Below are positions 53,548-64,000 of a DNA stretch of 64,000 nucleotides, in pieces. This stretch comes from Rhina ancylostomus. Taxonomy: Eukaryota. How positions within the stretch are numbered: position 1 is the first letter of the stretch; each line of letters opens with the position of its first letter. The stretch is from NCBI GenBank assembly GCA_030265395.1, contig JARFYF010000001.1:38042232-38106231 (forward strand), read 5' to 3'. The notes under the pieces are model-generated. The model was not told where the DNA came from, made no database searches, and saw only the letters and a list, made by a program, of their open reading frames with translations. A program made the position numbers and the translations under genes.

Positions 53548-53735
53548 AATACCCGCAGATGCTGGAAATCAGAATAAAAACAGCAAATGCTAGAAACACT
53601 CACTAGGTCAAGCAACATTTGTGGGGAAAAAAAAGTTAAAATTTCAGGTTGTATACCCTTCATCAGAACTGGGATGAAAAGTCTGCGAGCTGAAACATTA
53701 ACTCTGTTTTAACTTTCGCAGATGCTGGATGGTTG
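53548..53735. mobile_element. Fold-back Penelope-arm element with two opposed hammerhead-like motifs
   Basis: gcagatgctggaaatc...ccttcatcagaactgggatgaaaagtc...ctgaaacattaactctgt...cagatgctg. Confidence 0.7.
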
Positions 53736-53745
53736 CACGTTATCT

Positions 53746-54029
53746 ATGCATCAAGGAGCAGGCCAGGTGTGGCATGTAGTCTGTAGAGAGCAAAATCTTA
53801 CTGTACTGTATGTTTATCACATGCAACTGAGGTCACATTTTTATTCCAAGTATACTTCACAAATTCTAGTTAATGATGAAGCTGAAGGAAATAAAAGAAG
53901 CTTAAACCCCAATCTTAACCTACCTCAACTAGCAAAATCAGACAGGGCGAGTTAAATACCAATTATGCACCCTGGCTGATTTTGCTCTCTACAGACTACA
54001 TGCCACACCTGGCCTGCTCCTTGGTGCAT
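53746..54029. repeat. 52-bp inverted repeat (51/52 identical) with a 180-bp spacer
   Basis: 53746-53797 atgcatcaaggagcaggccaggtgtggcatgtagtctgtagagagcaaaatc is the reverse complement of 53978-54029 except for one base. Confidence 0.95.
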
Positions 54030-54383
54030 TCTTAAAAGGACCACTATATACTGGCGAAGAACAGGCAAGTCCTATGAGTACTTGTTCACAGATATCCTAT
54101 GCAATACGTTTAAAATCAACCTCATCTAGATTGGCCTATGGCCCCAACTCTCAACATGCTCACACTGGCTGTTTCTGCCCTGGAAACACAGGCTTAATGG
54201 CTCTCTATTATAGATAAACTGCTCAACATGTGTGATCAATACCTGGACAAGATGCACCCACAAAAACATACCAGGCCTCACATTGTCCAGTTTGGTGAAT
54301 CAGATAAAGGAAAAGCAGTCCCTATCAATTTTCTCTTTACATGCTTTAGTTTTTCTCTGACTAAAGTATGAAGGAGAACTTAC

Positions 54384-54485
54384 CCGATTTGCCCTGTTGT
54401 CTATTATCTGGGAGAGACCTAAAATTGTTGTCAGGGTGCTACCCCCAAGAAGAAATACTCCTCCAGCAATCTTTTGAAATGCCAT
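54384..54485 (-). CDS. GPD2: GPD2 first coding exon (human exon 2 equivalent), 102 nt: MAFQKIAGGVFLLGGSTLTTILGLSQIIDNRANR
   Basis: ATG in the context aacaagATGG. An acceptor tttcag lies 8 nt upstream (exon starts at 54493). Donor CGG|gtaagt, phase 0. Confidence 0.93.
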
Positions 54486-54599
54486 CTTGTTTTCTGAAAT
54501 AAAAAAAATTACAAGAATCACTCAAATTTTCAGATAAATATTTTAAAAAGTTATTCAAACCATTCGATGTGGATTTACAAAAAAACATGAGCGAATATG

Positions 54600-54685
54600 A
54601 CAAAATAAAAACAGAAAATGCTGGAAATACTCAGCAGGTCAGGTAACAACAGTGGAAAGAGAAACAGAGTTAACATTTCAGGGAA
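54600..54685 (-). mobile_element. Solo Penelope-type arm about 105 nt upstream of the first coding exon acceptor
   Basis: aaaacagaaaatgctggaaatactcagcaggtcagg...agagaaacagagttaacatttcagg. Confidence 0.7.
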
Positions 54686-56754
54686 AAGAAACAAAGGGAT
54701 TTTTAAGAGATAATATGTCTGTATTTAAAATTATTCCAACATAACATTAGGGTACAAGTTGTAGACCTTACGTTCCCAATAAAATGACTAAATAGTAGAT
54801 AACTACCCATAAGTTAGTAAGTGGGATTTAGGACTGCTTTTATTAATGGAAATAGGTTTCCAAGACCAAAGAATATTCAAAAGTTAGGATTTCTTTTTAG
54901 CTTTTGCATACTGTAGTACATTCATATGTATGCACTACCCATTTGTATGTATGCACTACCATGCTGCTCTCTTCTCAAATGAGATGGATACCAACTTTCA
55001 TACAATTACTAACCATTCATCCAAAAGGACATATTATTTTCAAACAAATACAAATGCAAACAAGATCCTGCACACTGGAGGACATTTAAGGGCTCTGACA
55101 CATTCAGTAATACCACATGAAGTTTTTGAAAGGTCAACAATACAAAGATTAATGTATATTTACACAATTTCATTGACTTGTGATATTTGTAAAGTTGCAT
55201 TTTAAGGATTAGTGCACTATATATGTTTAATGTACTTCTATATCATCTTCAAAACACCTTTAGTAACAATAGATTCCTGAAGTATAATAAGATTTTAAAA
55301 AATTCCATGCAGTATTCATCAACATTAATTTGGCTGGCTACAAAGGATGAAACAATGAAAATAACGATAAAGCAATTTCTGGAAATAAAATATATCCAGT
55401 CACAGAAACACCACACCATCTTCTTATTTTAACAACTTCAACTCCATTCATCACAAACTAAATTCCTAGAGCTTGTGACTAATTCCAAAGCTTTACCTAG
55501 CCTGCTGCTGAAAAAAATCTTTGGAAATTTCTGAAAATGAACAAAAGCACATCTATTTTTGTAGAATATTAATTACCCTGATTTTAGAAAATGTAGTATC
55601 ATAATAGCCCGAGCCTAATTATCAAAATTAACTTGTGGATAATAGGAGGGTTTACTGAAAGCTTTGTGCAACTTATTGGGGAAAGAGAAAGAAGTTAAAA
55701 ATATTAAAAAAGTAAATGAAAATAATTTTTCTTTCAGATCAGAGCAGGTATGATTGAACATTAATAATAAATTCAATGCACTCTACAGCAGGAAACTGAA
55801 ATAGTCACATTAATTAATGTCCCAGCATGTAGTCTTCCTTTCAAATTGTCTGACTCATTCCCATTCCAGGATGCAATATTTTAAGTGCTTGAACAGTGTC
55901 CCCAGAGTTAGGTCAGTGAAGAACACAAGATTAGATAGAGGATAAAAGTACATTGGGTGGGCAGAAAGCAGACTTAAGTAAAATGTAATAACTGATATTG
56001 TGCTTATTGATGCACAGAAACATCGTTATAGTCCTGAGCATCTTATTGTGGGGGGAAAAAGTCTTTACATCATGCTGAAGAACAGAATACCTTTCAAGCA
56101 AAGCTGAAAGATATTTATCTGTCCTTTGATCTAAAGTCTTACTTGTATAAATTTCCACACTTACCACCAGGTAGGTAACAACATATTGGCACCTGTTTTA
56201 CACCACCCCAGTTGAAACCATGGGAATGAAAATCAGAAGGGTTGTGAGTGTGACAATGCATTGACTGACTTTAAAACAATTCAAAATGCAACAGCAAATA
56301 GGGGTTAACATAGTATGTAAACCTAGATTTAAGAGAGTTTTAAAATATTTATGTAGCTTGTCAAAAAATATTTATTTGATGTTATAAATTATGATGAGCC
56401 AAATTCTACTCCCTTTCAGACTGAACCAATTCCCCTTAATGTTACTCTTCTTTCACTTGTAACCAAACATTAAACTTTACCAAACATTAAAGTCTATCTT
56501 TCATCCAACACCATTAGCTTCTACTACTGCATCAGTTGGCACCTTGAACTTAACTCTGCCCTTACATTATTGAAATTCTTATTAATTTCTTCATCAGTTC
56601 TACTCTCAACTCCTTCATTTGGTTTTGCATCCTTCAATTCCTTTAAAGTCCAACTTATCTGTTTTACACCATTGACAGTGAAGGTATGGGAGTAAAACTT
56701 GGGAGAGTGGGGCAGTGAAAGTGAAAACACAGCACTGCGCATGTTCACCAAATG

Positions 56755-57625
56755 TTACATCGAACATTACAGCACAGTACAGGCCCTTTGGCCCACAATG
56801 TTGTGCTGACATTTTATCCTGCTCTAAGATCTATCTACCTCTTCCCTCCCACGTAGCCCCCCATTTCTCTATTATTCATGTGTCTAAAAGTCTTTTAAAT
56901 GTCCCTAACATATCTGCCACCACAACCTCTGCTGGCAGTGCATTCCACACACCCACCACTCTGTGTAAAGAACTTAGCCCNNNNNNNNNNNNNNNNNNNN
57001 NNNNNNNNNNNNNNNNNNNNNNNNNNNNNNNNNNNNNNNNNNNNNNNNNNNNNNNNNNNNNNNNNNNNNNNNNNNNNNNNCTTACCCCTGACATCCCCCT
57101 TATATCTTCCTCCAATCACCTTAAAATTATGCCCCCTCGTGTTAGCCATTGTCACCCTGGGAAAAACTCTCTGACTGGTGTCCACTCGGTCTATGCCTCT
57201 TATTATCTTGTACACCTCTACCAAGTCACCTTTCCTCCTCCTTCTCTCCAAAGAGAAAAGTCATAGCTCACTCAACCTATGCTCATAAGACATGCTCACC
57301 AATCCAGGCAGTATCCTAGTAAATCTCCTCTGTACCCTCTCTAAAGCCTCCACATCCTTCATGTAATGAGGCGACCAGAACTGAACACAATCTCCAAGTG
57401 TAGTGTAACCAGAGTTCAATAGAGGTGCAACATCACCTCACGGCTCTTAAACTCAATACCCCAACTAATGAACTAATGCACCATACGCCTTCTTAACAAC
57501 CCTATCAACCTGTGCTGCAACCTTGATGGATCTATGGACGTGGACCACAAGATCCCTCTGTTCCTCCACACTGCTAAGAGACCTGCCATTAACCTTGTAT
57601 TTTGCCTTCAAATTCGATCTCCCCT
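56755..57625 (-). mobile_element. Relatively young CR1-type LINE 3' portion
   Basis: ORF 56895..57251 reads ERRRRKGDLVEVYKIIRGIDRVD...TRGHNFKVIGGRYKGDVRGK. The adjacent frame gives RVVGVWNALPAEVV. Confidence 0.92.
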
Positions 57626-57919
57626 CTTCAAACAGAAGCAGAGAGCAGATTTTCTAGAGACTTACACAATTGGTTTTAATGACATAAATGGTGTGAAGCT
57701 GTTCCCATGTAGTTCAAAGAACAAATATAAAATTTTATGCAAAAGGCATGCAGCGGATGCGCGGATGGGTCACATTCTGAAATGTACCACCAATATTGAT
57801 ATTGGAAAAAGAACCAATTATGACTTCAAAAAAGGAACTGGATGGAAATGTAAGAGAATAATATGCAGGATTACTGGGGGAGAAAAACAGAAATGTATGG
57901 TCTCTTTCTGCACCCTGAT

Positions 57920-58290
57920 AATGTCATGAATCCATGCTCTAGATATCATGTTCTACATGAAATTCAGCTTGCTCAACATCACCCTCCTCACTGGCCTTCC
58001 CTGCTTCCTGATTCTCTAATACAATGCACTTAACAGTTCAATCATCGATAAACTTCCCAATAACTTTTCCTCATCCTAATTCTATAATTTTCTCAGAACC
58101 TACATTCCATCGAGTCATCTGTTCCTCTAATTCCAGCCATCAATGCATTATTTGGTTCATCACTACAGGCAGAACATTCAAATAACTTACTCTCAACAAT
58201 TCTTTTCCCATGCATCCATTCCTCTGTTCACCTTTTAAAATCCTTCAGCCATTTTCTTTAAGCAACGGGTCACCCCTGTTGGTCACTGCC
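57920..58290 (+). mobile_element. Old L2-like LINE 3' fragment
   Basis: catcaccctcctcactggccttccctgcttcctg...ctaattccagcc...tttaaaatccttc resembles L2 ends and the fragment at 30140-30300. Confidence 0.4.
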
Positions 58291-60379
58291 TGAACTGTTT
58301 CTCTACAAATGCTGCATGACCGGCTGGGCAATAGTTTTCATCTGTGCTTGTCCCACCCAGCTTGTGGATTGCTTTTGAGTAGTCCCCGTATTAAAGTTGT
58401 AATATAAACGTCAGTGATGATCATGTCAATGCTACAGATACTGGTTTCAAAGTTCAATATATTATATTGCTAATGACCAGTGTTTTCTCACAGTCATGGC
58501 TCTCTACATTTCCCTAAAGCAGTTGGAACAATAAGTGAATCCATTAGACATAACTTTCATTTTAGTAGTGACTTGACCTAACATTTGTTACTACAAGCTT
58601 TAAAAGACCCTTTGCATTTAGTGATTAACTCTTCGCTTCACTTCAACAGTATATTATGCAACAACTAAATTCAAGTTACGGCACATAAGGCCTCTGGTAC
58701 ATTGTTATCTATGTGAAGTATAATTGTAAGACTTTGAAGTTATTAATATTGTGTCATGCTTAGTTTAAAAAAAGTGAACATGTCAGACATACCACAAAAG
58801 AATGCACTATTTATATATAACCTACACTGAAGTTAAATGGAAATTCCCACTTCAATATTCGATTTACATAATCTTATATGTGGCTGTATAAATGTTCTAC
58901 AATTTACCTGATGAAAAAGATAGCATGGGTGGCAGATTGGTATTATAAATGAAATTAATAATGCTTGGACAGTGGCAAAGTGTTTGAAGAGACAAAAATA
59001 CTGTGAATCAAGCTTATCAATGATAATAGTGTTTAAAATTACACATAAAAATTTTAATCTGCTTGGTGATTAACATCATATGGGAATTCCATAATTAAAG
59101 AAAATGGCATGCATAATTGGTTGTTTATTGTACTAAGCCTGAAATTTCATGNNNNNNNNNNNNNNNNNNNNNNNNNNNNNNNNNNNNNNNNNNNNNNNNN
59201 NNNNNNNNNNNNNNNNNNNNNNNNNNNNNNNNNNNNNNNNNNNNNNNNNNNGGTTGTTTATTGTACTAAGCCTGAAATTTCCTGCAAATAAGTGTCAGGC
59301 AATAAGCATTGGTAAGTTTTTGAAGTTAACCCACAACAGAAAGGTCTCAATTAACTTTTAAGTGAAACAAGTGCAGTTAAGTTCACTTACCAATGGTAAG
59401 AAAGATATGAATTGCTGTTTACTATCTGCAAAAAGGGCAAAAACTCAAGGTGCAGAGGTATTTGCACAGAGTAAGTACCATGGTATATTTGCCAGTGACC
59501 ACTAGCTTTTACCTCTCAGGAATTCATCTTCTTGTGCCATATCATTGGGGTTCCACCTCGAGTCCCAGTCAAGAAAAAGCAGAAATCTCAGCTGAGTCTG
59601 ACTGTCAATCTATGCAACCCTCTCTCATCTCCACCGTCTGCATCATATCATACTACAATTTGACAATACTTGTTAATTTTTCTCTTTAATATACTCGGCC
59701 ATTTTTTAAATGACACAGAGACACAAGAGACCATAGATGCTGGTATCTGGAGCAACGTTTTCTAAGTGACATACTTTGTAGCATTATCACCTTTGTAGCA
59801 TTATCATTCTCAACACTACTTATTCTTTCTACTTACACAATTAAAAACTTACTTCTAATTTATATTGCAAGGTCCCTCACAGAGCTTTTAATATCATTCC
59901 AAAAATATTCCTTTGATGTACTTTTGAGTAATATTTCATTGAACAAAGAGGTTAATACTTTGTTCTTAAAACATACAACTACTGGCTATATTCTGCAATA
60001 CAATTCCATGTGACTTAACTGTACAAGATGTCCTCAGGGACATTTATTGTCATTAATGTTGCATAGTGGGGACAGGTCAATAGAGCAAGTTTATTTTGCA
60101 GATGTTAAGTGTAAGACTTCAGGGAATGTGTCAACTGCAACTTGTGGCTTGACCAGTAAATACAAGCATTTTCTACACACTGCAGTGTTATGACTACAAT
60201 TGGGGTGACCTTTGTTCTGGAGTAGAGCCAACGTAGGTTGAACAGTTCCCCTCTTGTTCTATAACTCATACTCTAGAATACCAGTGACTTAAATGAATGG
60301 TAGGTAGAAAAACCACAGATAATCTGGCAACTTGCCAATAACTGTGATATGCNNNNNNNNNNNNNNNNNNNNNNNNNNA

Positions 60380-61270
60380 TCCATGGCACAAATGCCCAAG
60401 GACTACACATATGACAGCCAAAACAAAAGCATATCTGTCAAGGTCAGAAAGATAGTCAACATTACTGGGAGGAGCAGCTTGAAAAACTCTTCAACCGTGA
60501 CTGTCCATGATGTGAAGGTGTTTGACTCTATTCCAGTCAAATTATCTGAATCTATCTTGAAAAGGCAGGTAACCACATGCCTGCTGAAGTCCTAAAGCTC
60601 GGTAGAGAGGAACTTCAGTCACAAGTTGAAAATCTCATCCCCTAGGTCTGGGGAAAGGAAGATGTGCCAGGGGACCTCAAACTAATTCTGACCACCCTTT
60701 AGAAAAGGTGACGTCCAACAGAAGTAACAACAAAAGGGTCTCCCTGCTGTCTACTGCAGGGTAATCATTGCCTGGATTTGCCTCAACCACCTCCTCAACC
60801 TCCTTTCACTATAACTGCAAATTACAGTTATGGTTGAAATGTGCAACGGATCCTGCTTTATGCATGCCCGTTTGCCCTTGGTTAATGCGGGTGGAGCTTT
60901 CTGCCAACTGCAACTGTGACCAGATCCACCGGAAATGCCATGGACCATTCACCTTGCCTTCTCAAGGCACAGTGGACATGATCTTCATCGTGTAATAGCT
61001 CAACGAGACTGCAGAGAGCAGCATGAACCACTGCACATGGCCTTTTTGACCTCACAAGGAGTCTTTGATCCCTTCATTTAACAGGAAATCTGGAGCATCC
61101 TTCTCAAATTTGTCTGCCTGCAAAAACTGGTCTCCACCTTCGGTTTATTATATGGTTGCATGCAAGCTGTGATCTCAGCCATCTGGTCCACAACAGACCC
61201 AACCTCAGTGCACACTGTGCTTAACCAAGTCTGCACTATCACTCTTATACTCCTCTCAAACTTTCTCACT
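60380..61270 (+). mobile_element. RTE-clade LINE RT fragment, frameshifted
   Basis: Reads RKGD...N.KrvSLLSTAG, then QGTVDMIFIV*.LnEtaEs and hMAF.DLT..FD, compared with the RTE motifs GISLLS.aGK and RgT.DMIF..RQLQEKcREQ...AFvDLtKAFD. Confidence 0.8.
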
Positions 61271-61309
61271 GCAGTATTCAAAATATAAAGATCAATCAAA
61301 TATTAAAAA

Positions 61310-61845
61310 AGGATAAAGCATATAGTAGCATTAAAGGCAGCCCAAGAGAGATTCACCAGGTTAATCCCTGGGATGAGAGGATTGTCCAATCAAGAGAGGC
61401 TAAGCACATTAGGTCTGTATTCCGTGGAGTTTATAAGAATGAGTGGTGATCTCATTGAAATATACAAGATACCAAGGGGACATAACAGGGGTAGTGGTCA
61501 AGGTGTTTTCACTCATGAGAAAATCTCAAATAAGGGGACATAGTTTCAATAGAAGATCACATAAAACAGATTTGCACAGAAATTTCATCTGGCAGAGGGA
61601 AGTGAATTTCTGGAATTCTCTACCCCAGAGATTTTTAAAAGCTGGATCATTTGAAGTATTTGAGATAATCCAACTGAGATGAAGGTTGATAAATTTTGTG
61701 AAACAAAGATTGGGGAATTGAAGCCATGGGAATTTGACACAAAAGAGGAACTGAGCCTGAGGTAGATTGGCCATGATCATATTGAATGGCAGTGCAAGCT
61801 TGAGAGGCTAACTGGCCTATTTCTGCTCCTATTTTCTTGTGTCCA
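61310..61845 (+). mobile_element. CR1 3' portion
   Basis: Reads QERFTRLIPGMRGL and IRGHSF...QREVNFWNSLPQR. The 3' end is gaggctaactggcctatttctgctcctatt. Confidence 0.85.
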
Positions 61846-62299
61846 TGATAATATTTATATAACTTATGCATATAATGCACCCTCATATTGCCTTGCAGCA
61901 GAATTACTAAAGATCCGGACAAAATGAGGTAAAATAACTTTTTATTTCAATTAGAATAAAATTTCAGATACTAAATGGAGGTAGAGTTTCCATTTTGAGG
62001 ACAATCAGGATATGGGTGGAAATTGCCTTTGAAGGTTGCTTTCATTTTCCTAATTGATATAATGGGTCAATGTACCAACTCATTAGCATGACCACAAACA
62101 AATCTTCCTTGAACCAGTGCAATCAGGTACTGTGTAATGAATTGATCTGTACAAACAGTATGCAAGACAAGTTTTTCCAATATACCGTGGTACAAGTGAC
62201 AATAATAAACCAATACCAAATCTGTATTGATATGTTTAAGAGTGTTAAACTAACGCAATTTCATCAATACAGGTGAAAATGGATTAAATTTGAAAAAGT

Positions 62300-62855
62300 G
62301 CTCTTCTTCTTCGGCAGACCATGGGTTCGAGGATGACTTATTTCCATTCTGGTTTTGTGGGTTCTGAGGTGACTGATGAAGCCATTGTGAAAATTGCAAG
62401 CTGTTCCACTGATGGGGGAGGCAATGTCTGAGGATGTGGGCAGGTAAATAGATTCTGAGAGGGTCCACTCTTTCTGACACTTACATGGAGCTTCTCTATG
62501 CTCCCAATGCGAAGACAAGATTCCCAATACCATCTGGAATGTTCCATCTTCACCGTGAGCATTCATGAACCATGACACAAGCAGGATTGTGATGTCCAGA
62601 AGCTTCCAATCATTTAGTGGCATTGACAAAAGCAACTATAACATTTGGATGAGGCAGTTGTCAGATTCAGCAACTACAACTGTGAGCAAGCAGCTCTCTT
62701 TAGGCACAAAGAGCATACAATAACTCAACCCATCCATCCATTCAAGTAGCAGCTACTCCACCTGTGGCAGTGTCTGTAGATCTTGCATAGGACTTATTAG
62801 CCGAAGAACTCAAGTGAAAGCAAATCATCCTTCACCTTGAGGGACCACCGAAGTT
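62300..62855. mobile_element. Two divergent RTE 3' ends (minus strand 62300-62600, plus strand 62640-62855)
   Basis: The minus strand gives GFISHLRTHKTRMEISHPRTHGLPKKK. The plus strand gives TCGSVCRSCIGLIS...ANHP. Both resemble the RTE C-terminal C2H2-like motif. Confidence 0.65.
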
Positions 62856-63057
62856 AAAAAGGGACCACCTCGAACTCAGAAACGGCATGAAAATGAGCGG
62901 AACTGTTCATTGTGCCAGTTTACTTGTGTGTTTGCATCCTATATTAGTCACACTTCGNNNNNNNNNNNNNNNNNNNNNNNNNNNNNNNNNNNNNNNNNNN
63001 NNNNNNNNNNNNNNNNNNNNNNNNNNNNNNNNNNNNNNNNNNNNNNNNNNNNNNNNN

Positions 63058-63205
63058 TGTTATTGTTTTTACCTGTACTACATCAATGCACTCTGTACTG
63101 ACTCAATGTAACTGCACTGTGTAATGAATTGACCCATACGATCAGTCTGTAAGACAAGCTTTTCAACTGTACCTCAGTACAAGTGACAATAATAAACCAA
63201 TACCA
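63058..63205 (+). mobile_element. Rex1-like 3' tail; a second copy lies at 62125-62220
   Basis: Shared tgtgtaatgaattga...caagacaag...gtacaagtgacaataataaaccaatacca. Confidence 0.6.
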
Positions 63206-64000
63206 GTAAGCTCAGAGCTCTTTCCTCAGCAGATATGGCTGACTACTTTAATTATAAACAGTATAACAAAATACATGGTGCATTATTTCACTTTTAAATG
63301 CTGGCAAATAATGCAGATGGAAAACAGAGGAGGCAAGCACATGTCCTTCAATCCTGTACAAAATAGTGTGCAAGTTAAAAGGGACCCTTATGAGGCAAAA
63401 TAATAAGATATGGAGGTATGGATGTCCATCAGTACAGCAGAGAAAGAGAATGAGGCTGACAAATGCAGCTAGGCAGAAGGATTAATGCAAAAGGTCTACT
63501 TAGCAATGGCGTTCACCATCACCACTGTGTTATCTGATCAATTACACTATCAGCCAATATGTTGAGAGCAAAAGAGGATCTATGGCAGGACTAATTGCCA
63601 ACAGACATTTTTGCAGCAAATACAGTCTATTTAACAAATAAACAGCAGGTAGCTTACAGCATCTATTTAAAAACACTCTACAGACTAAAACCATACACAT
63701 GACCAAAATTAATGTTTCTTAATAAAACCAGGGTGATTTTTCCAGCAAGATGTAGCAAGTGAAGGAGAATTAAGTGGTGTCTGCAGGTGTTTTTGATGGG
63801 GAAGTTAAACATTGCCATCTGTGCTGAGAATCACAGAATCATTGCAATTCAGACCATCCCCAGGTTACAAAAGCCCGATCTATGGACACCCCTACATGCA
63901 GATGATCTCCCATGAAATTATTACATTCAAAAGTCCGATGTACACACATACATTCTTTCCTATGAACAGCAGAACTAGTTTCCTCTCTCTCTCTCCACTT

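Larger units (their letters stand above)
3820..54493 (-). other. GPD2: Glycerol-3-phosphate dehydrogenase, mitochondrial (GPD2 or GPD2-like), partial gene span covering 11 coding exons; continues beyond the left window edge
   Basis: The spliced translation is colinear with vertebrate GPD2: MAFQK N-terminus, FAD-binding [67 protein letters not shown]. Visible introns are GT-AG with matching phases. Confidence 0.97.

Noticed and set aside
54300-54521. ORF suggesting an N-terminal extension (MILVIFFISENK) before MAFQK
   Set aside because: The extension crosses the polypyrimidine tract and AG acceptor at 54494-54495, so it is mostly intronic.
1-59760. Recurrent ctgctgagttcctccagca motif as a possible CRISPR-like or regulatory array
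   Set aside because: The copies are dispersed, in both orientations and irregularly spaced. They are retroelement termini in a vertebrate intron.
54925-59808. Short tandem duplications (tatgtatgcactacc x2 at about 54925-54960; ctttgtagcattatca x2 at about 59774-59806)
   Set aside because: These are ordinary slippage duplications with no sign of function.
54494-64000. Search for the GPD2 promoter or non-coding exon 1
   Set aside because: No CpG-rich island or convincing first exon is visible. It probably lies beyond the right edge.

Overview
This is eukaryotic, intron-rich vertebrate DNA. The repeat content (V-SINE, Deu-domain SINE, CR1, Penelope-like, Rex1/Babar and RTE fragments) points to a cartilaginous fish, which is an inference. 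The window is almost entirely one minus-strand gene, mitochondrial FAD-dependent glycerol-3-phosphate dehydrogenase (GPD2 or a GPD2-like paralog). Eleven consecutive coding exons (equivalent to human exons 2-12, about 538 codons) can be traced from the ATG at 54485 down to 3820. Every visible splice site is GT-AG with consistent phases, and most of exon 10, including its donor, lies in an N gap. The 3' exons (EF-hand region) should lie left of position 1, and no upstream non-coding exon was recognised. Introns are filled with decayed retroelements, and nearly all supplied ORFs are spurious. I found no convincing new multi-gene system. The best leads are: (1) a protein divergent enough to be a second GPD2 paralog; (2) Penelope-derived fold-back elements carrying minimal hammerhead-ribozyme motifs, one with an intact core in the sense of the pre-mRNA; (3) a 51/52-identical inverted repeat near the first coding exon; and (4) a cluster of probable consensus errors in exon 9. 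Repeat boundaries are approximate, read by eye, and comparisons to human GPD2 and repeat consensuses are from memory.
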